Sequence record: MT446408.1
Strand: one strand, 5' to 3'
Length of the DNA stretch: 64,000 bases
From: Escherichia virus TH35
Shown here one piece after another: positions 36,361 through 45,094 of this stretch; the stretch's first letter is position 1; every line of letters begins with the position of its first letter. A program made the position numbers and the translations under genes. The notes beneath the pieces are model-generated. The model saw nothing but the letters and a program-made list of their open reading frames with translations, was not told the DNA's origin and did no database searches.

Positions 36361-37500
36361 TTAGATACCAGTCATACGGACGACTGCGAAAGGACGCTTG
36401 AGCAGAACGCCTGCTGTTGCGTTTGCGTAGTCTTCAACGTAGCTCTTAGCGCGTTTCTCAACGCCCAGAGTCATAAACTTAGTCTGGACCAGCTGACTGA
36501 ATACGGAACCATCATCGCTTGAGCCATCAATTGAGGAATCGATGTGATCAGCGTACAGATATGCCACGTTCAGGAAAGTCGGGTCACTGCCAAGTGCACC
36601 GTTGAGTTCCGGTGCAGATTTGATCTTCATCTTCGGATAAGTCTGGGTGATCCAGTCACGTACAGAAATACCGAAGTCGGTGGTGTTTGACAGCCAATCA
36701 ATAGAGTTGGTCGGCAGCGCCAGAGTCATATCAACCTTCTCTGGATCAATCTGGTCCTGAGAGTTGACACGGATTTGACGAACCATCAAACGGATGTCTG
36801 CAGTCACCTGTTGGAAGGTCGCAGTAGCCCAGCCGGAAGTGGTGTTTGAAGTCATTGCCGCTGGCAGGTTTGGATCATTCAGGAAGCCGAACGTGCGGTT
36901 GTTCCCGTTATACCAACCATAGAAGCCGATTGCGTTACGCATGATTTCCAGAGATACAGCAGCCTGCTGGCGCTTGGTCTCTGCAGAGTTCAGACGCATC
37001 GCAGACGCGCGGCCTTCTTCCAGCATGCCGACTGCCATGCCCATTTCACCGCGAACGATGGAACGGCGTTCAAAGTTCACGTTCCAGCTTGCCAGAGGAA
37101 TAGAGGTGAAATCACCATATTCAACTGCGGTGCCAGCTGGTTCAACGATGCCCTGAACGATTTCTGCATCTTCCCACTGACCAACGGTGTCAATACCAAC
37201 CAGCTCGTCAATTTTACGGGCAGCGGTCATGATTTTGACGAAGCCAGGCAGCCACTGTTGCAGGAACTGCAGCGGGGTCGGGATTGATGGCGTGGTTTGC
37301 GGCGCAGTAAATGCGGCGTCACCTACGCGGAAAGCGCCTGCACGGTTTAAGTGCTCAATCTGATCACGCACAATCGCGGAATCAAACACAATACCGATAC
37401 GCGCAAGCTGGGAAACAGCCGCGTCGGTCACGGATTGCATATCAAAAGGGCGCACCTTGCTCGCTGGGAGGCGAGAGTGTGTTTGGCTAATGCGAGTCAT
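36361..37500 (-). CDS. major capsid protein (putative)
   Basis: 379 aa, AGGTG RBS, downstream of scaffold/protease gene in a portal-MuF-scaffold-capsid order. Confidence 0.6.
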   Translation of the reverse strand: MTRISQTHSRLPASKVRPFDMQSVTDAAVSQLARIGIVFDSAIVRDQIEHLNRAGAFRVGDAAFTAPQTTPSIPTPLQFLQQWLPGFVKIMTAARKIDELVGIDTVGQWEDAEIVQGIVEPAGTAVEYGDFTSIPLASWNVNFERRSIVRGEMGMAVGMLEEGRASAMRLNSAETKRQQAAVSLEIMRNAIGFYGWYNGNNRTFGFLNDPNLPAAMTSNTTSGWATATFQQVTADIRLMVRQIRVNSQDQIDPEKVDMTLALPTNSIDWLSNTTDFGISVRDWITQTYPKMKIKSAPELNGALGSDPTFLNVAYLYADHIDSSIDGSSDDGSVFSQLVQTKFMTLGVEKRAKSYVEDYANATAGVLLKRPFAVVRMTGI

Positions 37501-37514
37501 TATTCACCTGCCTA

Positions 37515-38132
37515 TTAACGAGTCAATTGTACAATGGTATAAGTGGAAGACTGGACGCTTGGGCCGGAAAGGGCAATAGTCGTCGGGTCAATCACAATAC
37601 CGCCTGGGATGGCAACCATGCCAGTTGGCAATGAGCCAGTATAGGCGATAATTGCACCAATAGGCAAGTTGTTCGGGTTGTTACCGCTGGAAATGCCTTT
37701 AGGTACATAAGCAAGCAGGTCGCCATAGTTAAGCGTCTGCGGACTGGTGCTTGGGTTGAATACTTCAACTACGAGGCCCGTGCACATATCATAGAACTCG
37801 CCTTCGCTATATTGAGGCAGAACCATGCTGGCACCCAAAGGACCAGTAGAGTTGCCATACAGCGCGTAACGCTTGCTATTGCCGAGGATGCCGTAGTAGT
37901 TAGTGCCGCCCAGCTCAACTTCAAAGTCCTGCGCGCCCAAAGTTTTGGTTTGACCAGTACCCATTAAGGATACGTCAGTCTTAAAACCGAACACACGGCT
38001 GATGGCGTTTACGTTTGCGCCTTCGTTAGCGTTGGCAATTCGGCCTGGCTTCCCACGCTGTGGGCCGTCGCGAACGATGTCGCCAGGAAAGCCAGTTGTA
38101 TATTGACGGCCTACACTAGTTTGGAAAGTCAT
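37515..38132 (-). CDS. hypothetical capsid-associated protein (205 aa)
   Basis: start set at ATG 38132 with AAGGGGA RBS; lies between scaffold and capsid genes. Confidence 0.45.
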   Translation of the reverse strand: MTFQTSVGRQYTTGFPGDIVRDGPQRGKPGRIANANEGANVNAISRVFGFKTDVSLMGTGQTKTLGAQDFEVELGGTNYYGILGNSKRYALYGNSTGPLGASMVLPQYSEGEFYDMCTGLVVEVFNPSTSPQTLNYGDLLAYVPKGISSGNNPNNLPIGAIIAYTGSLPTGMVAIPGGIVIDPTTIALSGPSVQSSTYTIVQLTR

Positions 38133-38134
38133 GT

Positions 38135-39553
38135 TTATTCCCCTTTCAACCAAGCTTCAAACGCTTCGTCAGTTGCTGCAGAATCCGCAGCGGCCTTTTG
38201 TTTTGCGACTACACGCTGTTTTTGACCGTGTTCAACGCCGCGCAGATAATTATCCACCACGTCAAACTCAGCACCATCAACGCACTTCAAGCCTAACTTT
38301 TTAGCGCCATATTTCGCTACGGACTTGGAGTCCATAGTTGCATGATCAAAGGCACCAACAACTTTAGACAGGCGCTGGTAGAGGCTATTCTTACGAGCAG
38401 AATCAGCGTAGAAAGCAGCAACTGCTGAATCAGATGCCATTGAGTGTTCCCCTTTTGCTGGACCTGGCGACGCTTTCGCCGCTTTTGTCGGTTTGTCATC
38501 TTTTTCGACCGAAGCCCCCTTTACGTTGCTGTTTTGCAGGCCGCTAACCACATCTTCAGCTTTGTCGCAAGGTGATACATCTTCAGCCTTGACTTCAACT
38601 TCTTCGTCTTTGACTTCGGCTTCAACTTCTTCTTCATCACCTACCGCGCCACCTTTCAGTTTTGCAATAAGTGCTTCGATTTGGCTGATCAGTTGCGGAA
38701 GCTCGCCGCCAGCGTGAGATTCAGTTTCAACTTCAAACTTCTCTTCACCTTCTGGAGTCTCTTCAGCTTCTGCTTTGACTTCTGGATCAACCATCACTTC
38801 TTCACGTTCTTCGGTTGAATCCTTCTCTTCTGCTTTCACTTCAACTTCGTCCTGATGAGCAGCTTCGGTGCTCTCTTCATTCAGAAATTGTTCGAGCGCA
38901 GGGATCAGTGATTTCAGCTGTTCAACAGCATTATCACGCGCTTTACCTTTTAACGGTTTTGGCATGTCTAAATCCTCGTTGGATGGTGTTACAGTCGTCA
39001 AACAAAGATGGTCAAAGCAACGACCATCCAGCACCCGTGCACCTGGTACTCGACCAACGTCCACGAGAGCAATGTGGTTGCCGCGAAGAGTTGTCTGTAC
39101 CACTTCATACGGCTGCCCGTCAAACTCTCCAGACTGTATGATGAATTCACAGTCATAGCCCAAAGACAAGTCAACCTTTCCAGAATCGATGGCCTTCTTC
39201 AGACGACGGCTAAAAACTTTAAGGTCGCCGCGCATCCATGGCTTGTCATAATAAACATTGCCAGTTAGAACGCCATCAACGCCATACTCTTCGGGTGCTG
39301 TGTTATCCTCATCACCTTCGAATCCAGAAAGCATTTCGTGATTGTCGATGAAAGGGATATTTTTGAATGAATCTATCGCTTCGGGGTCTTTCACCGCTGA
39401 CTCTGGGCGATAAACTTTTACGATGCGATTCGGATCACCATCAAGTCCAACCTGACCTGCAGAATAATCAAAAATGCCAAATGACGAAATGGGACAACCC
39501 ACAATCGTCAAGAATCCATTTTTGTCAATTTCGCGTGCCGTTTGCATTCGCAT
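38135..39553 (-). CDS. putative prohead protease/scaffolding fusion protein
   Basis: globular N-terminal domain followed by Glu-rich low-complexity region (EVEVKAEEKD...EEKFEVETE). Confidence 0.5.
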   Translation of the reverse strand: MRMQTAREIDKNGFLTIVGCPISSFGIFDYSAGQVGLDGDPNRIVKVYRPESAVKDPEAIDSFKNIPFIDNHEMLSGFEGDEDNTAPEEYGVDGVLTGNVYYDKPWMRGDLKVFSRRLKKAIDSGKVDLSLGYDCEFIIQSGEFDGQPYEVVQTTLRGNHIALVDVGRVPGARVLDGRCFDHLCLTTVTPSNEDLDMPKPLKGKARDNAVEQLKSLIPALEQFLNEESTEAAHQDEVEVKAEEKDSTEEREEVMVDPEVKAEAEETPEGEEKFEVETESHAGGELPQLISQIEALIAKLKGGAVGDEEEVEAEVKDEEVEVKAEDVSPCDKAEDVVSGLQNSNVKGASVEKDDKPTKAAKASPGPAKGEHSMASDSAVAAFYADSARKNSLYQRLSKVVGAFDHATMDSKSVAKYGAKKLGLKCVDGAEFDVVDNYLRGVEHGQKQRVVAKQKAAADSAATDEAFEAWLKGE

Positions 39554-39659
39554 CCACCCTCAAATAAGTATTGTGTATTATATCTAATGAAAAAAACTTA
39601 GGCAAACAATAATTATGGTTTGAATATGTATAACAACCGATATAGCCGCGCCTTAATTA

Positions 39660-39930
39660 GTGTGATACGGATGATACGGATAAAATGAGGCGTATTTTTA
39701 TCCGTATCGGTGTATAAGCCGCGCTATCACTGGTGTGCTACGGATGATACGGATGATACGGATACTTTTCATATATAAGAGTTTATAAAAAAAAATAAAA
39801 TTAAATTAGATATATAATTTTAAATTAATTTATTTGAATTCCTATAAAGTATCGCGGCAACGCGTATCATCCGTATCATCCGTAAGATTCTTTTGAAAAC
39901 AACTACTTACTTGATACGGATGATACGTCA
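39660..39930. repeat. iteron-like region: TACGGATGA/GATACGGAT 9-bp repeats in inverted clusters around an AT-rich core
   Basis: GATACGGATGATACGGAT 39664-39681; ATCCGTATC 39700-39708; (TACGGATGA)x3 39739-39766; AT-rich 39770-39850; GTATCATCCGTATCATCCGTA 39864-39884; GATACGGATGATACG 39913-39927. Confidence 0.6.
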
Positions 39931-39971
39931 TTATACGCGTAAAATCCTGCGGCAATCCATTGCCAGGCGAT

Positions 39972-40109
39972 TCAGTGAATATTAAAAAGCACTCCAGCAA
40001 CTAAAACGCCAATCAGCATCGAGTCGTAAACAGCCCATTTCCAAGAAAGCAAAGAGTTGCAATTAATATTTCGCACTTTAACGTAACGTGACTGAATAAT
40101 CTTTTGCAT
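39972..40109 (-). CDS. small putative membrane peptide (45 aa)
   Basis: ATG 40109 with AAGAGGA RBS; hydrophobic C-terminus SMLIGVLVAGVLF; below track threshold. Confidence 0.35.
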   Translation of the reverse strand: MQKIIQSRYVKVRNINCNSLLSWKWAVYDSMLIGVLVAGVLFNIH

Positions 40110-40119
40110 AACTTCCTCT

Positions 40120-41040
40120 TTAGTTCAACTTAATTGCGGTGATCTGTCCGTAAACGGTAGATGTCAATGCGTCTGTGCATTGATAGTTTAGATACACGTT
40201 GCCAGGCGCGGCAAGAGTAATTATCTTTGTTGGAATATTGCCGCCGAAACGACCTGCAGCCCGAATGCCAGCAGACATCGTGAATGCATCATCCGTAATA
40301 TCTGAATTACTTGTTGACAATTTTACTGTAATTCCGGTATTCGCTTGAACTCCTTCTGTTGCTACAGTCAACTGACTTGCTGTCACAAGCCATTTCCCTG
40401 CAGGCAGGTTTAATGTTGCCAGATTCACCAGAGTTGTCGGAGGATTGCTTACACTATTGCTTGTGTTTTGCACATTGCTTGCAGCAGCATTAAGAACTCC
40501 AGAACCATCAATTGATAGTGTCGTTCCTACTTTTACGCCACCCAAGGTTGATGCTGATGCAATCGGTAACGAGTATTGAGTAACACTAATTGTACCGTCA
40601 CCTGCAACACTTATGCCACTTCCTATCTTGACGCCGCCGAGAATAGAAGCCGTTGCCGCTGGTAACGTGTATTGGTTGCCGCTGGATTTGACTACCTTAA
40701 CGGCGACAGCATTCTTGGAACCTCCAGACTCCATGCCTATAATCACTGCTTCTCCAAAAGCGATGGTGATTGTAGATGCAGTTAAACCAGTCTGCACGTC
40801 TGTTATGTTCATTTTGGGAACTGAAAGTGTCAGATTCGGCTTGCTGGTAGAATCGCCATCATTACCGATCATAAAGAATTGACCAACTGAATTGTATCCA
40901 GACGCCAATGGCGGACTCAATGGAACAATCAGGTTTTTATCGGATGTAAATTCTGAAACAATCGCCAAACCGTTAGCATATACAGCAGGCAATACTGGCG
41001 TTTGTCCAGATAGAGGAAACGTGCTGATTGGTATCGTCAT
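40120..41040 (-). CDS. fiber-like protein with tandem LGGVK repeats
   Basis: repeats YTLPAATASILGGVKIGSGISV / YSLPIASASTLGGVKVGTTLSI; start set at ATG 41040. Confidence 0.55.
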   Translation of the reverse strand: MTIPISTFPLSGQTPVLPAVYANGLAIVSEFTSDKNLIVPLSPPLASGYNSVGQFFMIGNDGDSTSKPNLTLSVPKMNITDVQTGLTASTITIAFGEAVIIGMESGGSKNAVAVKVVKSSGNQYTLPAATASILGGVKIGSGISVAGDGTISVTQYSLPIASASTLGGVKVGTTLSIDGSGVLNAAASNVQNTSNSVSNPPTTLVNLATLNLPAGKWLVTASQLTVATEGVQANTGITVKLSTSNSDITDDAFTMSAGIRAAGRFGGNIPTKIITLAAPGNVYLNYQCTDALTSTVYGQITAIKLN

Positions 41041-41047
41041 AATGACC

Positions 41048-41899
41048 TCAAATGATTGGTATTTTTCTGCACTTGCAGTGTATTGCCCATCCAGGAGGAC
41101 CGATGTCACCCTTTTTGAACTTCAATTCGCCGCCAACTTCCCATAGGCGCTTGTCATCAAGTTTGAATCTCATTCCGTCGACGTGTTCATGAGAGATTCG
41201 CGGCTCCTTTCCTGCTCCTGAGTGCGCCCACTCAAATTCTTCGACTCCATTCTGGCGCATCCTTTCATCGCTTAGAACGCAATACAATTTGCTTGTCTGG
41301 TCTTTAGCGATCAAGTCGACTCTCTTTGCAGAGAAGTGTTTTACGTTTCGCAATGCCGCCTGAATGCCTGACGTGCCTTGCTGGGCTGGGTCGGGAGAAG
41401 TCAGCGAAAGCATGACTGCTTCGTACACTCTGTTGTGAATATCCTCGCCGACCTTAGTCACTAGAGTCGTGTTAAACTTCTCGCTTGTTCTAAGAGTGTT
41501 CTCAACGAATTTGTTATATGTGGCCTTTGGCGCTTCTATGCCTGCGGACTTAAGGCTTGCGAATGTAGCAGAAGTGGCACCCTTTTCGACCGATTTGATA
41601 AAATCAGCGGCAATCTTCGACCCAACACGTGCAAACGCCTTTGCCCATTTCAGTTGCAGCCGTTTCATAAGGGTCTGGAATGTCGAATCAGCAGAGTCCT
41701 GCGCAAAAAACTTCTGCACCTGCTTCTTGTCAAGCCATTCTGAAATGCCTGCCTGATAGTCATCAATCATCGCATAGCAAAGACCTTTCATCTCACGACG
41801 GTAGGCCATCGCAATAGCGTTTGATGGGATTATCGGACTGCCGCGCCCGATTCTATCGGGTGAGCGGCGTTCACGTTTTTTCGAAGCTTTAAAAGCCAT
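41048..41899 (-). CDS. Mu F-like / SPP1 gp7-like minor head morphogenesis protein
   Basis: C-terminal ...WAIHCKCRKIPII (H-x-C-x-C) typical of Mu F family; directly follows portal; start at ATG 41899. Confidence 0.65.
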   Translation of the reverse strand: MAFKASKKRERRSPDRIGRGSPIIPSNAIAMAYRREMKGLCYAMIDDYQAGISEWLDKKQVQKFFAQDSADSTFQTLMKRLQLKWAKAFARVGSKIAADFIKSVEKGATSATFASLKSAGIEAPKATYNKFVENTLRTSEKFNTTLVTKVGEDIHNRVYEAVMLSLTSPDPAQQGTSGIQAALRNVKHFSAKRVDLIAKDQTSKLYCVLSDERMRQNGVEEFEWAHSGAGKEPRISHEHVDGMRFKLDDKRLWEVGGELKFKKGDIGPPGWAIHCKCRKIPII

Positions 41900-41900
41900 A

Positions 41901-44276
41901 TCAACCTTGCTTCGGTGAATTAGTAGGATTATTGAGTGCTCCGTATGCTTGAGAGCAATCACCCTTCAACCACTCCTTGAATGAGTTCACATCTAATTCG
42001 TGGATTGAGTCGAATCCGTTCCAACCGTTACCAAATGATGCTTGATAAGCTTCTTTCGCTTCTTCTGCTGAATCGAATCCAAGCATACACTTGTGTTCAT
42101 CAAACTCGCCAGAGTAGTTATCGTTTTGGTTCACGATAAAGACTTTCGGCGACTTCAGATTTGGACCCACAAAGCAGTCGACTTCATCACCGTCTGCGCC
42201 CTTGGTGCCCTTGATGAATCCGTAGTGGTGCGGCATCTTCACGGCCCATTCACCGTCAAGGCTGTTTCCTCTACGAATGCTGTTTCGCGGATTCTCAATG
42301 CCAAGAATCATTCCGTGCAACTTCATCTTAGGTAATGATGCTGCGTCCATTTTACCCACGTTGTGGCGTAAGTTGACGACGTGTCCTTTAACGCTTGGAA
42401 GGGTAGACGGTTGCACCGACCGTGAATCTTTTTGAGGGTCAAAATCCACATCCTGACCTTCTTTCAGGTAGTAATCCGCAATACCCTCCAGCCCTTCTTT
42501 CAACTGCGTTAGGACATCAACCTTATGGCTTGATTCATCATCGGTATCGTCCATGTTGATTTCGACAGGCGCTTTGTCAGGGTTTTCCGCCAACTCACCA
42601 CGCGCGGCACCCTCTGGCATAATACCTGTTTCGCTATAGAACTGGCCGCCCATCTTAACGACATCAGCTTTCGCCTGTTCAATATCGGCCTTACCTTGCA
42701 GGACTTCACCAGCAGACTTGCCAAGCAATGCCATATTCTCTGGAGACATCCCTGGGGTTTCTTCTGCCGCGTCTTCCGGCAGACGGTTGTAGCCGCTGTT
42801 TTTGTCGTCTTTGATGCGGTCGCGCTCTTCATCAGGAGAAATGACGCCAGCATCAATAAGAGTTTTGCCAGTGTTGGCTCGCTTATCATTGATTTCTGCA
42901 AGTTGAGTAGCAGTAAGTGAGCCAACTGGTTCCCATGCAACCTTAACATCGACATCCACCCCTTCTGATTTGAGAAGGATTTTGTAATGGCGGTCGAGAA
43001 TTTTTGTCAGGTCATGCTGCTGGCACGTTTCCAACTCTTCGTGATAGCTGACCATCTCGAATTCACCAGTGGCGTTAAAGCCTTTTGGCGAAGTCCCAAG
43101 CAGTTTGGTCGACGGAACTTTTGCGATTGCGGCCACAAGCTGGTACTGGTTCATGATGATGCTGTCGAAGTCTGACAAGTTGATGTCAAACTGGTCCATC
43201 TCTTCTTTTTGGCCAAGCACTTTGACTGCATAGTTGTCGCGGTACTTGATCCACATCATCAGACGTTCTGCAAAAGACCGCTCATTGGCAATAGCCTTGT
43301 CAACGTCGGTCCGCAGCGTCGTTGTACGCTTGGACATCGCCAGCAATGGCGCTTCGTTGGCGGTACGTTCAGCGGCATAGATGCGTTCATAAATCTGCTG
43401 AGTCAGAGGAATGCCGCCGTAAATATAAGTCGGCTTGAGAATATCAGCTGGCTCATCGTTGCGCAAGATTATGAGGTGGCTGCGATGATAACGTTGTCCG
43501 CTGATTACCCAATATTCTGGGTCATAGAAGTGCTGTGATGCAGGGTCTGCTGTGTTTTCAGACGTCAGAAACGGCATCATCCAATAAGGGTCAACCTGAA
43601 TGATTCCCTTATAAGACCCCTTTGTCACACCATCAATGTTAAAAGGCTTGCTGTAATATTCTGGGTCATCGCTACGCACATCAAATATGATGACGCGGAT
43701 ACCAAAAATATTTTTGAATCGTTCGGCTTCAACTAAGTGCTCTTTGATATTAAATTCTTTATCAATTTGCTTTAGGCGTTCGCTTGCCTGTACTGACAAT
43801 TCTGACTCAGAACTGGATTTGACTTCCCAGCCTTTACGGACTGCATCGCGGCCTACCATGGAACACGCTTTGTTCACCAGCCAGTGCTGCGCGATGATTG
43901 CGCAAGCTTGATAGCCGATGAATGACTGTGACAAATACCAGTTTTGAAGTTGAATAGGTACTGTGTATGGGTTGACCTGCCCTTCTGAACTGATGTTCTT
44001 CAAGGCATTATCCATAACTTTTTTGGATACTGTTGCGGAATCGACTGAACGACCTTTTATGATAGCAACACCGTCGCCATTAATATCAGGCTCATACAAA
44101 GGGAAGTCATCAACCGTTTTAAAGGTAGGTCGATTGCTTTCAGTCTTTTCCCAGCGTTGACCGCTGCCGCGCCTTTCAAGGCGTTCAAACGGTGCCAATG
44201 GGTCGCCTGGCGGCATCTCCGCTGGTTCGGCTTCTGGTTGCGTCTTCTCCCAGAGTTTTATGCCAAGAATTTTCAT
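41901..44276 (-). CDS. portal protein with C-terminal inorganic-pyrophosphatase-like domain
   Basis: 791 aa from ATG 44276 (AGGTGG RBS; track start 44309 is TTG); position between terminase and Mu F; C-terminal HHYGFIKGTKGADGDEVDCFV and DEHKCMLGF match family I PPase motifs. Confidence 0.6.
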   Translation of the reverse strand: MKILGIKLWEKTQPEAEPAEMPPGDPLAPFERLERRGSGQRWEKTESNRPTFKTVDDFPLYEPDINGDGVAIIKGRSVDSATVSKKVMDNALKNISSEGQVNPYTVPIQLQNWYLSQSFIGYQACAIIAQHWLVNKACSMVGRDAVRKGWEVKSSSESELSVQASERLKQIDKEFNIKEHLVEAERFKNIFGIRVIIFDVRSDDPEYYSKPFNIDGVTKGSYKGIIQVDPYWMMPFLTSENTADPASQHFYDPEYWVISGQRYHRSHLIILRNDEPADILKPTYIYGGIPLTQQIYERIYAAERTANEAPLLAMSKRTTTLRTDVDKAIANERSFAERLMMWIKYRDNYAVKVLGQKEEMDQFDINLSDFDSIIMNQYQLVAAIAKVPSTKLLGTSPKGFNATGEFEMVSYHEELETCQQHDLTKILDRHYKILLKSEGVDVDVKVAWEPVGSLTATQLAEINDKRANTGKTLIDAGVISPDEERDRIKDDKNSGYNRLPEDAAEETPGMSPENMALLGKSAGEVLQGKADIEQAKADVVKMGGQFYSETGIMPEGAARGELAENPDKAPVEINMDDTDDESSHKVDVLTQLKEGLEGIADYYLKEGQDVDFDPQKDSRSVQPSTLPSVKGHVVNLRHNVGKMDAASLPKMKLHGMILGIENPRNSIRRGNSLDGEWAVKMPHHYGFIKGTKGADGDEVDCFVGPNLKSPKVFIVNQNDNYSGEFDEHKCMLGFDSAEEAKEAYQASFGNGWNGFDSIHELDVNSFKEWLKGDCSQAYGALNNPTNSPKQG

Positions 44277-44438
44277 TGTTAACGCCACCTGACAGTGAAA
44301 GGGAATCAATCTATATTATAAATATTCATGTGTTTGTAAGCAAATGATATGTATGGTGATCATAAATAGTTCATAAAATATTTTGCTTTTGTATCATTTT
44401 GAGTTATATTTTAGTTAACCAAACGAAAGGAGATTGAA

Positions 44439-44855
44439 ATGAGCACAACAATTGTATTTGTCGTCTTGAATAAAGGCGAAGTCGTTAACGTATGTGAATA
44501 TGAAGAACTGGCAAAGGCCACTGCTGCGCGATACGAAGGTGCTATTATTGACCCGTGGATTTTAGATGCGCGCAACGTCTTGCAGGCGACTTTGGATGAG
44601 TGGTTGTTGGGCCGCAAGGTCTATCCAGTAGACAACATCGACTCAATTCAAGGTGAAACAGTATACTTTGAAGATGAATGCGTTCGCGGAATCGGCAAAT
44701 TTATGGGATTGTGCCCATCTTCATCCAAAAATAAATTCTATCGTATTCAAGTTGAAGAAAACGATATGTTTGATAAAGTCACGCGCTCGATTGTTCCTGG
44801 CGGCGGAACTCCAATCTTTATGGCAGAATCAGACATCAAGGGGATTATCAAATGA
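44439..44855 (+). CDS. hypothetical protein (138 aa), opposite-strand cassette
   Basis: AAAGGAG RBS; own promoter-like TTGCTT-16-TATATT upstream; no motif recognised. Confidence 0.5.
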   Translation: MSTTIVFVVLNKGEVVNVCEYEELAKATAARYEGAIIDPWILDARNVLQATLDEWLLGRKVYPVDNIDSIQGETVYFEDECVRGIGKFMGLCPSSSKNKFYRIQVEENDMFDKVTRSIVPGGGTPIFMAESDIKGIIK

Positions 44856-45091
44856 GAACTTTAACCGAACTCGATGTTTTGAAAGACGTTGCAGCCGCGC
44901 TGGGCGTTGAAGTCTCTGAAAAGTCGACACTGGGTGCTCTGCGTCGTGATTTACTCGAAGCCGTCGACCGCAACGATTTTGATCGTAAGTGTTTGCAAAA
45001 GAAGATTCGACAGGCAGTAAGGGCGGGTAAGCGATTCCGTGCCAGGTCGTTTGCCGCAAGAAAACTCGACCTTCAGCACGGAATGCTTTAA
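44852..45091 (+). CDS. hypothetical basic protein (79 aa)
   Basis: ATGA-coupled to 44439-44855; ends 3 nt before convergent terminase stop. Confidence 0.45.
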   Translation: MRTLTELDVLKDVAAALGVEVSEKSTLGALRRDLLEAVDRNDFDRKCLQKKIRQAVRAGKRFRARSFAARKLDLQHGML

Positions 45092-45094
45092 TTG

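Noticed and set aside
39695-39710. DnaA-box resemblance of TTATCCGTATC
   Set aside because: Differs from the TTATCCACA consensus at two core positions and belongs to the 9-bp TACGGATGA repeat family; host DnaA binding is not supported by sequence alone.
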